Source: Bacilli bacterium (GTDB lineage: Bacteria; Bacillota_I; Bacilli_A; RF39; UBA660). Taken from it: a DNA stretch of 64,000 nt. A model generated the notes under the pieces. That model did not search any database and was not told where the DNA came from. It saw only the letters and a list, made by a program, of their open reading frames with translations. Positions within the stretch are counted from its first letter, which is position 1. The number at the start of each line of letters is the position of its first letter. The DNA lies in NCBI GenBank assembly GCA_900753325.1, contig CAADYO010000009.1, positions 2,333 through 66,332 on the forward strand, in the 5' to 3' direction. This document shows positions 38,359 through 48,654 of the stretch, piece by piece. The position numbers and the translations under genes were made by a program.

Positions 38359-39124
38359 TCACTTCCTTTGCTAAATTTAAGTATGCTTCTGATCCTCTAC
38401 TTTTTGGATCGTATACTATAATAGGTTCTCCATGCGATGGAGCCTCTGTTAATCTAACTAATCTAGGAATAATTGTATTATATACTTTTTCTTTAAAGAA
38501 TTTTCTAATGTCTTCAACTACTTCAAATCCTAAGTTCGTTCTAGAATCTAGCATTGTTAGTAAAACTCCTTCTATTACTAAATCTGGATTTAACGTCTTT
38601 TGAGCAAGCATGATTGTCTTTAAAAGCTGAGTTATTCCTTCTAGTGCAAAAAATTCACATTGTACTGGAATTATAACTGAGTTTGACGCTGTTAGAGCAT
38701 TTGTTGTTATGACGCCTAGTGATGGTGGACAATCTATAATTATATAGTCAAATCCATCTTTTATTTCTGATATATGTCTTTTTAATTGCTCACCTTTTTG
38801 AAAGCCACTTTCTTGTTTACTTTTTTCTACTAGTTCAATGTCTAGTCCAGCTAAATTAATTGTTGCTGGTAAAACATAAAGATTTTTATATTTTGTTTTA
38901 ATCATGGCTTCTGTAATTGTACATTCATCTATTAATACATCATAGATACTTCTTTCAATATCACCTTTGTTTATTCCGACACCAGTAGTTGTATTTCCTT
39001 GTGGATCTAAATCTATTAATAAAACTTTTTTCCCTAATACTGCTAATGATGCAGAAAGATTGATACTAGTTGTTGTTTTTCCTACTCCGCCTTTTTGATT
39101 TACTAATGATATAACCTTTCCCAT
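38336..39124 (-). CDS. parA: ParA/Soj partitioning ATPase
   Basis: 262 aa; deviant Walker A KGGVGKTT. Confidence 0.9.
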   Translation of the reverse strand: MGKVISLVNQKGGVGKTTTSINLSASLAVLGKKVLLIDLDPQGNTTTGVGINKGDIERSIYDVLIDECTITEAMIKTKYKNLYVLPATINLAGLDIELVEKSKQESGFQKGEQLKRHISEIKDGFDYIIIDCPPSLGVITTNALTASNSVIIPVQCEFFALEGITQLLKTIMLAQKTLNPDLVIEGVLLTMLDSRTNLGFEVVEDIRKFFKEKVYNTIIPRLVRLTEAPSHGEPIIVYDPKSRGSEAYLNLAKEVIERNGEQ

Positions 39125-39191
39125 CTAATCACCCATTTTCAATTTTACTTAATCATTGTATCAAATAAATGACTTTTTTTAAACGGTTTTG

Positions 39192-39217
39192 TTAAAAAAA
39201 AGTAGATTTCTCTACTT
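39192..39217 (-). terminator. Intrinsic terminator after noc-like gene
   Basis: AAGTAGA-tttc-TCTACTT is a perfect 7-bp stem with T-run on the minus strand. It overlaps the stop codon. Confidence 0.5.
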
Positions 39218-40559
39218 ATTTATCTATTTTAATTATTACTTGATAAGCTGTTGCAAAATCCATTTCATCAAACGTTACTTTTCCACCATGATTTTCAATA
39301 TCTTTAACAACTTCACGAATTTTGTTAATAATTTGAGGCAAATCATAATTTCCAGTTGGAGCTTCAACTTGTGGGTTTGGAATATTTAATATACTACTTT
39401 GTTGTGTCGCTGCTGGTTGTTGAGTTGAAGAAATATTTTGTGGTAAATCTGTTGCTTTAATATTTGGCATATTAAAGTAATCCTTGATTGACTCTTCTTC
39501 TGCAGTAGCATCTCCCTTAACAATTGCTTCTGCTGGTGTTAAGTATTTTTGTTCTGATGGTTCTTGAGACTTTTGCTCATTGTTTTGACTAACAACTGGC
39601 GTAATATTTAATAAACTATCTAAGTCAGCTATTGGTTCATTTTGAATTGGTTTTATATCCATAGCATTTTCCTTTATTGTACTAACATCTACTGGTTGTA
39701 CTTCTACTTCATTATAATAAGAATCTTTTGGTTCTTCTACTGCTTCCTTATCTATTTCTCCGTAATTAATAAATTTTTGAACTGTTTGATTATTATTTTC
39801 AGTTGGTGGAGAAATTGTTACTTGTCCGTAATTCATAGGATTTGATGGCATAGCCGATGGTGTTGTTGAAGTACCAATAGTGGCATTTGCCGCAACTGAT
39901 GGTATTGTTTCACTTGCTTGGGTCATTTGAAATCCTTGTGATTCTCTTTTTGGACTTATTTTAGCTATTTCTTCCTCTACTGCTCTTACTGTCATTTTAT
40001 TTGTTATTATTTTCTTTAATAATTCTTTTTGTTGCTTAGCGTCTGGTAAATTTAGTAAGGCTCTTGCATGTCGTTCTGATATTTGTTCTTTTAAAAGTGA
40101 ATCTTGGACTTCATCTGGTAAGGCTAACAAACGTAATTTATTAGCAACAGCTGACTGACTCTTACCCATCGTTTTAGCTAGTTCATCTTGTGTCATTTGG
40201 TCAAGCTCCAAGATCTTTTGATATGTTCTAGCTTCTTCAATTGGATTTAGATTTTTTCTTTGAAGATTTTCTAGTAGAGCAACTTTAGAACTTTCTTTGT
40301 CATCAAGATCTCTTATTATTGCAGGGATTTTTGTCATACCAGCTAATGCTGAAGCTTTATAGCGACGTTCTCCGGCAATTATTTCATATTTACCATTAAC
40401 ACGTCTAACAATAATTGGTTGAATTACACCATGTTCTTTTATTGATAAAGCGAGTTCTTTTAAAGCTCTTTCATCAAATACTTCTCTTGGCTGGAAACGA
40501 TTTGGAATTATATCATCTAAGTATAAGTATACAACTTCATCTTTAGTTTCTGTATTCAT
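39216..40559 (-). CDS. noc: Noc-like ParB-family protein (NBS-binding paralog) with long low-complexity C-terminal extension
   Basis: 447 aa. The N-terminal about 255 aa align closely with B. subtilis Noc (IIPNRFQPREVFDE..ALKELALSIKEHGVIQPIIVR). The recognition helix GKSQSAVANKLRLL is Noc-type (Q..K), unlike Spo0J R..N. It sits in the conserved noc slot between rsmG and parA. There is no N-terminal amphipathic membrane peptide. Residues about 260-400 are Q/P/S/T/N-rich. Confidence 0.75.
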   Translation of the reverse strand: MNTETKDEVVYLYLDDIIPNRFQPREVFDERALKELALSIKEHGVIQPIIVRRVNGKYEIIAGERRYKASALAGMTKIPAIIRDLDDKESSKVALLENLQRKNLNPIEEARTYQKILELDQMTQDELAKTMGKSQSAVANKLRLLALPDEVQDSLLKEQISERHARALLNLPDAKQQKELLKKIITNKMTVRAVEEEIAKISPKRESQGFQMTQASETIPSVAANATIGTSTTPSAMPSNPMNYGQVTISPPTENNNQTVQKFINYGEIDKEAVEEPKDSYYNEVEVQPVDVSTIKENAMDIKPIQNEPIADLDSLLNITPVVSQNNEQKSQEPSEQKYLTPAEAIVKGDATAEEESIKDYFNMPNIKATDLPQNISSTQQPAATQQSSILNIPNPQVEAPTGNYDLPQIINKIREVVKDIENHGGKVTFDEMDFATAYQVIIKIDK

Positions 40560-40661
40560 TTTATCCCATCCCTCTATTCTTATTCTATTTTATTATAAAC
40601 TAATTTTATTAATCTTTCAACAGTATTTTTTAGAAGAAAAATATACCTATTAAGGTATATT

Positions 40662-41300
40662 CTATATTTTGTTTGTTATGACAAGTAAACTTCTTTGACT
40701 ATTTTCATATGGTAGGAGAAATTGTTCTATTTTTACAATGTTATATTTTTGACTTATTTTCTTTCTTGTTAAATCATTTAGTTCTTCTGAAATATTACCT
40801 TTCATAGCTATAAATACTCCATTTGGTGCTACTAAATGCATTGTATATTTTAGTAATTTTTCAATATTGGCTACAGCTCTTGCTGTTACAACATCATATT
40901 TTTCTTTTAGGTCTTCTCCTCTTGCGTGAATCGCAGTTATTCCATCTAAATTTAACTCTTTAATAATTGTATTTAGGTAATTTACTCTTTTTTGAAGAGC
41001 ATCAACTAATGTTATTTTTAAATTTGGATAAACTATTTTTAAAACTATTCCTGGAAAACCAGCACCTGTTCCAACATCACATAATGTTTTAGAGTTTTTT
41101 AAGTTTATTACTTTAGAAATTGTTAAACTGTCATAAAAATGTTTTAAATATACTTCTTCTTTAGATGTTATTCTAGTTAAATTTATTTTTTCATTCCATT
41201 CTATCAATAAATTATAAAACTGTTCTAATTGATTTATTTGTTTATCTGTTAGTTTTATACCTAACTTACTTGTTTCAATAATAAATTCTTCTTTAGTCAT
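40662..41300 (-). CDS. rsmG: 16S rRNA (guanine527-N7)-methyltransferase RsmG (GidB)
   Basis: 212 aa; SAM motif [10 protein letters not shown]. Confidence 0.9.
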   Translation of the reverse strand: MTKEEFIIETSKLGIKLTDKQINQLEQFYNLLIEWNEKINLTRITSKEEVYLKHFYDSLTISKVINLKNSKTLCDVGTGAGFPGIVLKIVYPNLKITLVDALQKRVNYLNTIIKELNLDGITAIHARGEDLKEKYDVVTARAVANIEKLLKYTMHLVAPNGVFIAMKGNISEELNDLTRKKISQKYNIVKIEQFLLPYENSQRSLLVITNKI

Positions 41301-43152
41301 TTTTACCCTTTCTTAAATATACCATTAGTATTGAAATATCAGCTGGATTTACACCGGATATTCTTGAAGCTTGACCTAGTGTTGTTGGACGAATTTCAGC
41401 TAATTTTTGGCGGGCTTCGCTAGCTAAATTTGGAATTTTACTATAATCTATATCTTCTGGAATTTTTTTTGCTTCTAAAGATAACATTTTTTCGGCTTCT
41501 TTGTTTGCTTTTTTAATATAACCTTCATATTTTGTATTAATTTCAACTTGTTCTTTGACTTCTTTTGAAAATGGTATTTCAACAAAATGCTCTAAATCAT
41601 TAATTTTTATTTCTGGTCTTTTTAGAAATTCATATAATGACATTCCATCTTTTAATGGAGTTGAGGAAATTGATTCTATGTAGTCATTTGTCGCTTTCTT
41701 AGGTGTTATTCTTGTAGTCTTTAATAGTTGAAATAGGCTGGCTATGTCATTTAATTTTTGTTCAAATTGAAGATATTTTTCTTTTGGTAATAGACCTACT
41801 TCATATCCATATTTTCTTAATCTTATGTCAGCATTATCATTTCTTAGTAATAGACGATATTCTGCACGAGATGTTAGTAAACGGTATGGGTCTTTTACAC
41901 CTTTTGTTACTAGGTCATCAATAAGAACACCTATATATGATTCGTTTCTTTTTAAAATTAATGGTTCTTTTCCCTCTAATTTTAAGGCGGCATTTATTCC
42001 AGCTATTAAACCTTGACCAGCAGCTTCTTCATAACCTGATGTTCCATTTATTTGTCCAGCTGTATATAATCCTTCAATAATTTTTGTTTCAAGTGACCTT
42101 TTTAATTGTGTTGGATCAATAGCATCATACTCTATTGCATAAGCGTATTTTAAGATTTGGGCATTTTCTAATCCTGGGAGGCTATGAACCATTTCTTCTT
42201 GAATATTATGTGGCATACTTGTTGAAAAACCTTGTAAATATATATCATCATAATAGATACTTTCTGGTTCTAGAAACAGTTGATGACGTTCCTTATCACT
42301 GAATCTTACAACTTTATCTTCTATAGATGGGCAGTATCTTGGTCCTACACCTTCGACATAACCACCATACATACTTGATTCTTTTAGGTGACGCTTAATA
42401 ATATCATGAGTTTTTGGTGTTGTATAAATTAAATGACATGGTACTTGATTTTTATAATCATAATATAATTTATTATCAAAAGAAAATGTTAATGGCTGAT
42501 CATCACCTGTTTCTAATGATGTTTTACTATAATCTATAGAATTTTTGGCTATTCTTGGTGGTGTTCCTGTTTTTAATCTTAATATTTTGAAACCTAATTC
42601 TTTTAAATTTGTGCTTAAGTATTTTGATTCTTTTTCTCCATGTGGTCCGCCTGGATGTTTTGATGAACCGGCTAGGATTACTGAACGAAGATATGTTCCA
42701 GTTGTTAAAACTACAGATTTGGCATAAATATTTGTTCCATCTGATAAAGTTACGCCTTTTATTTTATTCTTTTCTACAATTAGTTTTTCAACCATTGCCT
42801 CTTTTATTTCTAGTTTTTTTTCTGATTCTAGTGTTTTTACCATTTCTTTTGGATACGTAATTTTATCTGCTTGAGCCCTTAATGCTTGTACCGCTGGACC
42901 TTTTTTTGTATTTAGCATTTTTATTTGAAGAGCTCCTTTATCGGCATTTCTTCCCATTTCTCCACCTAGAGCATCTATTTCACGTACAACTATGCCTTTT
43001 GCCGGGCCACCAATTGATGGATTACAGGGCATATCAGCAATATTTTTTTTATTTCCTGTTATTAATAAGGTTTTATGACCTATTCTTGAGGCGGCTAAAG
43101 CTGCTTCACATCCAGCATGGCCAGCACCTACTACTATTATTTCATATTCCAT
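41293..43152 (-). CDS. mnmG: tRNA uridine 5-carboxymethylaminomethyl modification enzyme MnmG (GidA)
   Basis: Start moved to [23 protein letters not shown] (FAD-binding GxGxxG). Confidence 0.9.
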   Translation of the reverse strand: MEYEIIVVGAGHAGCEAALAASRIGHKTLLITGNKKNIADMPCNPSIGGPAKGIVVREIDALGGEMGRNADKGALQIKMLNTKKGPAVQALRAQADKITYPKEMVKTLESEKKLEIKEAMVEKLIVEKNKIKGVTLSDGTNIYAKSVVLTTGTYLRSVILAGSSKHPGGPHGEKESKYLSTNLKELGFKILRLKTGTPPRIAKNSIDYSKTSLETGDDQPLTFSFDNKLYYDYKNQVPCHLIYTTPKTHDIIKRHLKESSMYGGYVEGVGPRYCPSIEDKVVRFSDKERHQLFLEPESIYYDDIYLQGFSTSMPHNIQEEMVHSLPGLENAQILKYAYAIEYDAIDPTQLKRSLETKIIEGLYTAGQINGTSGYEEAAGQGLIAGINAALKLEGKEPLILKRNESYIGVLIDDLVTKGVKDPYRLLTSRAEYRLLLRNDNADIRLRKYGYEVGLLPKEKYLQFEQKLNDIASLFQLLKTTRITPKKATNDYIESISSTPLKDGMSLYEFLKRPEIKINDLEHFVEIPFSKEVKEQVEINTKYEGYIKKANKEAEKMLSLEAKKIPEDIDYSKIPNLASEARQKLAEIRPTTLGQASRISGVNPADISILMVYLRKGKND

Positions 43153-43163
43153 GTTTTCACTTC

Positions 43164-44516
43164 CTATTTTCCTACACAAAAATGTTCAAATAAATTATCA
43201 ATTATTTCATCACTATATGTTACTCCTATTATTTCTCCTAATAAGTCAAAACAATCCTTTAAATCTATTTCTACCATATCTATTGGTAAGTCATTGTTTA
43301 AACCAACTTCTGCTGATAATAAGCTTTGGTATGCTTTTGTTGCTAGAGAAATTTGTCTACTATTACTTAGATACGTATAATCTTTAGTTTGTAATTTTTC
43401 CAAATTGAACATTTCCTTTATTTTTTCGACCAATGGTTTTATTCCGTCTGGTGTATTAGTATTAGTTTCAACTGTATTTTCTATAGTACTTGGTAATTTT
43501 ATCTTTTTATCTAAATCCGTTTTATTTATAACTATTATTCTTTGTTTGTCTTTTGTTTTTTCCAATATTTCTTTATCTTCTTCTGATAAGTCTTCATTAT
43601 TGTTTAAAACTACAATTATTAAATCAGCTTCATCGATTGCTTTAATACTTTTTTCAACACCTATTTTTTCAACAACATCTGTTGTTTTCCTTATTCCTGC
43701 TGTATCTATAAAATTTATTAGAATTCCATTAATATAGGCTTCACCTTCGACAATATCTCTTGTTGTACCAGCAATATCTGTTACAATGGCTTTATCTTTA
43801 TTTAATAATTTATTTAGAATACTACTTTTACCTACATTTGGCTTACCTAGTATTGCAATATTTAAACCTGTTTTTATAATTGATGTGGCTTTAGATGCTG
43901 ATATTAATTCTTGTAAATCTTTTTTCATTTTTGCAACTTCTTCTTTGATTTTTTTCTTGGTAATTACTTCTATGTCATAGTATTCTGGATAATCTATATT
44001 TACTTCTATTGAAGATAATAGTTGTTTTAAATTATCTCTAAAATTTGTAATTAATCTGGATAATTCACCATTTAGTTGTGATAATGCTAGCTTTTTTGCC
44101 TCTTCACTTTTACTTTCAATTATGTCCATTACGGCTTCACTTTCAACTAGATCAATTCTACCATTTAAAAAAGCTCGTTTGGTAAATTCACCTGGTTCTG
44201 CTAAGCGAGCTCCTTTACTTAACATTAATTCTAAAATTTGTTTTGTTGGGATTATTCCGCCATGACAATTAATTTCTACAACGTCTTCTGCAGTAAATGT
44301 CTTTGGTGATTTCATGACTGAAACTAATACTTCATCAAGTAATTCTTTATTATTTTTAATAAAACCATAATGAATTGTATGTGTTGGGACCTTGGTTAAG
44401 TCTTTTCCTTCAAAACAATCATTGACAATTTTTATGGCATTATTTCCCGATAATCTTACTATTGATATAGCACCGACCCCTAATGCTGTTGATATTGCAA
44501 CTATTGTATCGTTCAT
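43164..44516 (-). CDS. mnmE: tRNA modification GTPase MnmE (TrmE)
   Basis: Start moved to [24 protein letters not shown] with RBS GGAGGGA; G-domain [10 protein letters not shown]-terminal CVGK. Confidence 0.9.
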   Translation of the reverse strand: MNDTIVAISTALGVGAISIVRLSGNNAIKIVNDCFEGKDLTKVPTHTIHYGFIKNNKELLDEVLVSVMKSPKTFTAEDVVEINCHGGIIPTKQILELMLSKGARLAEPGEFTKRAFLNGRIDLVESEAVMDIIESKSEEAKKLALSQLNGELSRLITNFRDNLKQLLSSIEVNIDYPEYYDIEVITKKKIKEEVAKMKKDLQELISASKATSIIKTGLNIAILGKPNVGKSSILNKLLNKDKAIVTDIAGTTRDIVEGEAYINGILINFIDTAGIRKTTDVVEKIGVEKSIKAIDEADLIIVVLNNNEDLSEEDKEILEKTKDKQRIIVINKTDLDKKIKLPSTIENTVETNTNTPDGIKPLVEKIKEMFNLEKLQTKDYTYLSNSRQISLATKAYQSLLSAEVGLNNDLPIDMVEIDLKDCFDLLGEIIGVTYSDEIIDNLFEHFCVGK

Positions 44517-44787
44517 GGTATCCCTCCTTTTTCTTCGTATATTATAGCACATTTATTTAGAAATTAAAGTAGTATTTGTGATTAGATTAGATTTATTTTT
44601 TTATTTTTATTTGCTACAAAGTTGATTCTATAGTTTACTCCTCTATTATTTCTATGTGCAGAAAAAATGAAATTTTTTTAAATACACGATAATAATACTG
44701 GATACTCTTAAAAACTTTTATGATTAACTTTTTATTGAAAAATAAAACATCCGGTTACTTACTAGATGTTTTATTATAAAAACTAAA

Positions 44788-45402
44788 TTAATCTTCTTTA
44801 GGTTTAATTACTACGTAACGGTTTGGCTCCTCGCCTTCACTTTCAGTATATACTGTTTTACTATTAGTTAAAGCATTATGAATAATTCTTCTTTCGTATG
44901 AATTCATTGAGTCTAATTTTGCTTCTACTTTTGTATTTGCTACTTCTCTAGCAATTCTTCTTGCTAGTGATTCTAGGGACTTTTCTCTTTTTTCTTTGTA
45001 AGAATTGATGTCAATTATAAATTTGAAGTTTCTTCCTAATTCGTTAAGTAAGTGCTGACTTGTTAGTATTGATAATGCTTTTAAATTTTTTCCATTTTTT
45101 CCTATTAGTAGTCCATCATTATCTGAATAAATTGTATATGTTGGTATTTCTTCTTTATTTTTGATTTCAATATTTGCTGTAAAGCCAAGGTTTTTTAGTA
45201 ACTTATTTAAATACTCTTTAATATATTTTACAACTTCTCTTTTTTCTATGACTTCTATTTCTACCTTTTTACTTTTAAATAGCCCACCTTTTATTTCTTC
45301 TAGTTCTTTTATTATTAGGTTATCTTTTGTTTCTTGTAAATCTATTGTTGCATTTGAAATTGCTTCCTCTTTTGTTTTTCCAGTATATTTATGCTTTTCC
45401 AT
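44788..45402 (-). CDS. jag: Jag/KhpB RNA-binding protein (KH + R3H domains)
   Basis: 204 aa; C-terminal R3H (SMNSYERRIIHNAL). Confidence 0.85.
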   Translation of the reverse strand: MEKHKYTGKTKEEAISNATIDLQETKDNLIIKELEEIKGGLFKSKKVEIEVIEKREVVKYIKEYLNKLLKNLGFTANIEIKNKEEIPTYTIYSDNDGLLIGKNGKNLKALSILTSQHLLNELGRNFKFIIDINSYKEKREKSLESLARRIAREVANTKVEAKLDSMNSYERRIIHNALTNSKTVYTESEGEEPNRYVVIKPKED

Positions 45403-46333
45403 TTACTTCTTTACTCCTTTTAACAATAATATTTTGAACTATAGTGAATACATTTGATGTTACCCAGTATATACCTAAGCCTGATGGCATAAATATTCCT
45501 GTTACTACAAACATAACTGTCATCATAGTTGGCATCATCTTCATTGTTGGATCTGACATATTAGCTGATGAGTTCATTTTTAATGAATAATAGGTCGTTC
45601 CAGCTATTAAAATTATTAAAATTCCGTAAGCTAACCAGTTATTTGTAAAAATACCAACTGATGGTGTTGTTCCTAATTGTAATGTTAAAAATTTGTCTTC
45701 AAATATTGATGGTGTTCTTTGAACTGCTTCAAAGAAAGCTATAAACAATGGTAATTGTAAGAATGAAAATAAGCATCCAGACATTGGATTGATATTGTGT
45801 TTCTTGTATATCATCATCATTTCTTGATTTTGTTTTAACATTGACTCTTGATCTGTTTTATTTTGATATTTTTTCTTTAATCTATCAAGTTCTGGTTGTG
45901 CTTGTTTTATTAATTCTGATTGCATAGCTGTCTTTTTTGTTACTGGATAAGCTATTAATCTTATTATTAATGTAAGAATTATTAATGATATTGCATAATT
46001 TCCAACTGTCTTACCAAAAAATATTAGAACAAAGGCTAATGGTTTTACAAAGAATGCAGTCCATAGTCCTTCATATTTACCTGATGTAATTTTAAAGTTT
46101 TCGCATTTTGGTAATTTATCTATATTTACTTTATTTTTCTTATATAATTCTCTTGTTTTCTCATTTGTTGGTTGACAAATAATATTTTTTGTTAAATTTT
46201 GTCCAGTTACTTCGTTTCTTACAGGTTTATTATTTTTATCTGTTAGTGATGTTGTACAGCCTGTTGTGATTAGTAATAATAATACTATTAAAATTATTTT
46301 AATTTTATTTGCTCTACTCTTTTTTTGCTTCAT
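45389..46333 (-). CDS. yidC: Membrane protein insertase YidC/SpoIIIJ (lipoprotein type)
   Basis: 314 aa; lipobox LLITTGC; 5-TM YidC core. Confidence 0.85.
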   Translation of the reverse strand: MKQKKSRANKIKIILIVLLLLITTGCTTSLTDKNNKPVRNEVTGQNLTKNIICQPTNEKTRELYKKNKVNIDKLPKCENFKITSGKYEGLWTAFFVKPLAFVLIFFGKTVGNYAISLIILTLIIRLIAYPVTKKTAMQSELIKQAQPELDRLKKKYQNKTDQESMLKQNQEMMMIYKKHNINPMSGCLFSFLQLPLFIAFFEAVQRTPSIFEDKFLTLQLGTTPSVGIFTNNWLAYGILIILIAGTTYYSLKMNSSANMSDPTMKMMPTMMTVMFVVTGIFMPSGLGIYWVTSNVFTIVQNIIVKRSKEVNGKA

Positions 46334-46334
46334 T

Positions 46335-46679
46335 CTATATATCCTTTCCTATATTATTAATGAGTGCAACATAGTCTTTTTCCAGTTCTTGGTATGTTTT
46401 ATTTTTCGCACTTCCTCTTAATATTATAATATAATCTTTTTTATTTATATAGTCTTTTTTTAAATTATCAATAATGGCACGTATTTTTCTTTTATATTTA
46501 TTACGATATACAGCATTTCCTAACTTTTTCCCTACGGAAATTCCATAACGATTATATGGTAAATTACTTGCTTGGTAATAGATGATAAAGCTTTTATTTT
46601 TAACAATTTTGCCTGTTTTGATTATTTTTTCAAAGTCTCTGGCACTTTTTACTATATATAATTTACGCATATAGTTCAC
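46335..46679 (-). CDS. rnpA: RNase P protein component
   Basis: 114 aa basic protein with RNR-like motif (ILRGSAKN); between rpmH and yidC. Confidence 0.85.
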   Translation of the reverse strand: MNYMRKLYIVKSARDFEKIIKTGKIVKNKSFIIYYQASNLPYNRYGISVGKKLGNAVYRNKYKRKIRAIIDNLKKDYINKKDYIIILRGSAKNKTYQELEKDYVALINNIGKDI

Positions 46680-46724
46680 CTACCTTAAATTGTAAGAGTA
46701 AAAAACCACTGTTGATGCAGCGGC

Positions 46725-46847
46725 TTATTTGCAAAGTAATTTACGCCCTTTGCGACGACGACGATTTAATATATTTGTTTTTTTGCGTGCAAAAAAGCCT
46801 AGTTTCTTTGCTTTTTTACGGTTGTTTGGTTGATATGTTCTTTTCAT
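46725..46847 (-). CDS. rpmH: 50S ribosomal protein L34
   Basis: True start is the internal MKRTYQPNNRKKAKKLGFFARKK...; the upstream 20 codons of the track ORF are spurious. Confidence 0.85.
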   Translation of the reverse strand: MKRTYQPNNRKKAKKLGFFARKKTNILNRRRRKGRKLLCK

Positions 46848-46934
46848 TTGCTCCACCTCCAGACATAAATCTACATTATTATAATAGTAATACTTGGAAT
46901 TTGTCAATTAAAATGTACTATTTTTGTTTTTTAA

Positions 46935-47065
46935 ACAGTTTCCACAGATATGTGGAATATTAAAATAAGGTGTGTGGAATAAAAATTGTGGAAAATGTGG
47001 AAAAGTTATTTTTATTATTTTATATCAATAGTTTTATTTGTGGAAAAAATTGTGGATTGTGTGTT
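46935..47065. promoter_or_regulatory. oriC part 1: DnaA-box cluster and dnaA promoter region
   Basis: At least six 9-mers within 0-2 mismatches of TTATCCACA/TGTGGATAA (TTTCCACAG, TGTGGAATA x2, TGTGGAAAA x3, TGTGGATTG) in 130 bp upstream of dnaA. Confidence 0.7.
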
Positions 47066-47155
47066 GAAAAAAATTTTTACAATAAAATTGTTTATTTTTT
47101 TCACAATTTAATGTACACTAATCGTAGTTTATTTATCTTGTGGGGAGATGGTGGA

Positions 47156-48523
47156 ATGAATGTCGATATTATATGGACCAAATTTTTGGACCAAATAAAA
47201 GATGAACTTACTTCATTATCTTTCGATACTTGGTTTGCTGATACTACGTTGCATAGATTGGAAAATGGTAAAGCATATATAATTGTTCCAATGCCAATTC
47301 ATAAGAAACATTTAATTGATAATTATTCTGATCTCATTGTAAAAACGTTAAATGAGATTACAGGTACAAATTTTGAATTGGTATTGATTTTAAAAGAAGA
47401 AATAGAGGATGTTTTGCCTAAAAAAGTGGAAATTGAACCTGAGTTAGAAGGTGTTCCTAATAATAAAATTCAGTCTAATTTAAATGTTAAATATACTTTT
47501 GATAATTTTATAGTCGGTAATAGTAACAAATTTGCTCATGCAGCAGCTCTTTCTGTGGCTGAAAATCCTGGCAAAATGTATAATCCTTTATTTATATATG
47601 GAAATAGCGGATTAGGTAAAACTCATTTAATGCACGCAATTGGTAATTATATATTAGAAAATACTAATAAAAAAGTTTTATATGTTACGTCTGATCAATT
47701 TACACAGGATTTTATAAAGGTTAATAAAAAAGATGATTCTGGCACTAATTTTAATTATATTGATTTTTTTAAGAATAAATATCGCAATATTGATGTTCTT
47801 ATTATTGATGATATTCAATTTTTAGGTGGAGCTACTAAGACTCAACAGGAATTTTTCCACACCTTTAATTCTTTATATAATGATAGTAAACAAATAATTA
47901 TTTCCTCTGATAGATCTCCAGATGATTTAAAATTACTGGAAGATCGTCTAAGAACTAGATTTTGTTGGGGATTAACTGTTAACATATTTCCACCTGATTT
48001 TTCTTTAAGAATGCAGATTTTAAAGAAAAAAATAATTGGTGGTAATTTTGAAAAAGAAATATCTGAAGATGTTATTGAGTATATTGCATCTAATATTGGC
48101 ACTGATGTTAGACAATTGGAAGGTTCAATAACAAGGCTTATTGCTTATTCAACAATAATGGGTGGAGCAGAAATAACACTTGATTTAGCAATAGAGGCAC
48201 TTAAGGACTTTATTAGCAAGGGAATGAGCGAAAAAAATGACATTCAAAGAATTCAAAAAATTGTATCCGAATATTTTCAAATATCAGTTGAGGATATTAG
48301 AAGTAAAAAGCGGAGCTCTAATATTTCTTTTCCAAGACAAATTGCTATGTACCTGTGTAGGAATATGACAAATGAATCATTTCCTAAGATAGGAACAGAA
48401 TTTGGTGGAAAAGATCATTCAACAGTAATGCATTCAGTGGAAAAGATTGAAAATGAGATAAAAGTTAATAAAGATTTAGCTAATATAATAGAAAAGTTGA
48501 AAAAGGATATAGGTATTGTGTAA
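47156..48523 (+). CDS. dnaA: Chromosomal replication initiator DnaA
   Basis: 455 aa from ATG 47156 (RBS GGAGATGG). The track ORF starts 62 codons upstream and runs through the DnaA-box region. AAA+ Walker A GNSGLGKTHL; domain IV HTH. Confidence 0.9.
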   Translation: MNVDIIWTKFLDQIKDELTSLSFDTWFADTTLHRLENGKAYIIVPMPIHKKHLIDNYSDLIVKTLNEITGTNFELVLILKEEIEDVLPKKVEIEPELEGVPNNKIQSNLNVKYTFDNFIVGNSNKFAHAAALSVAENPGKMYNPLFIYGNSGLGKTHLMHAIGNYILENTNKKVLYVTSDQFTQDFIKVNKKDDSGTNFNYIDFFKNKYRNIDVLIIDDIQFLGGATKTQQEFFHTFNSLYNDSKQIIISSDRSPDDLKLLEDRLRTRFCWGLTVNIFPPDFSLRMQILKKKIIGGNFEKEISEDVIEYIASNIGTDVRQLEGSITRLIAYSTIMGGAEITLDLAIEALKDFISKGMSEKNDIQRIQKIVSEYFQISVEDIRSKKRSSNISFPRQIAMYLCRNMTNESFPKIGTEFGGKDHSTVMHSVEKIENEIKVNKDLANIIEKLKKDIGIV

Positions 48524-48539
48524 AACTTTAAGTTATTGA

Positions 48540-48654
48540 ATTTTTATCCACAAGTAAATGTTAACAAAAATGAATGATAAATAAAGAAAAAAATAAGTTT
48601 TCAACTTTTTCCACAGTAATAATATAAATAATAAAAGAAAGAAGGAATATATAT
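48540..48654. promoter_or_regulatory. oriC part 2: DnaA boxes plus AT-rich unwinding region between dnaA and dnaN
   Basis: Perfect TTATCCACA at 48544-48552 and TTTTCCACA near 48606. The stretch between them is more than 85% AT. Confidence 0.6.

Noticed and set aside
40560-40661. Possible parS or NBS sites within or adjacent to parB/noc genes themselves
   Set aside because: I scanned the parB, parA and noc coding regions and flanks for CACGTG or CCCGGG cores with the appropriate arms. I found none. The only CACGTG-containing half-site seen outside the array is near position 58570 in dnaX (TCCACGTGTAT), and it lacks the right arm.
46848-46907. 20-codon extension of rpmH (MTNSKYYYYNNVDLCLEVEQ)
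   Set aside because: L34 is universally about 44 aa beginning MKRTYQP. The extension is AT-rich read-through of the leader.
46970-47155. 62-codon 5' extension of dnaA (MCGIKIVENVEKLF...)
   Set aside because: It runs through the DnaA-box cluster. It has no RBS and has low-complexity, box-derived codons (VENVEK from GTGGAAAATGTGGAAAAG). Canonical DnaA begins at MNVDIIWTKF with a good RBS.
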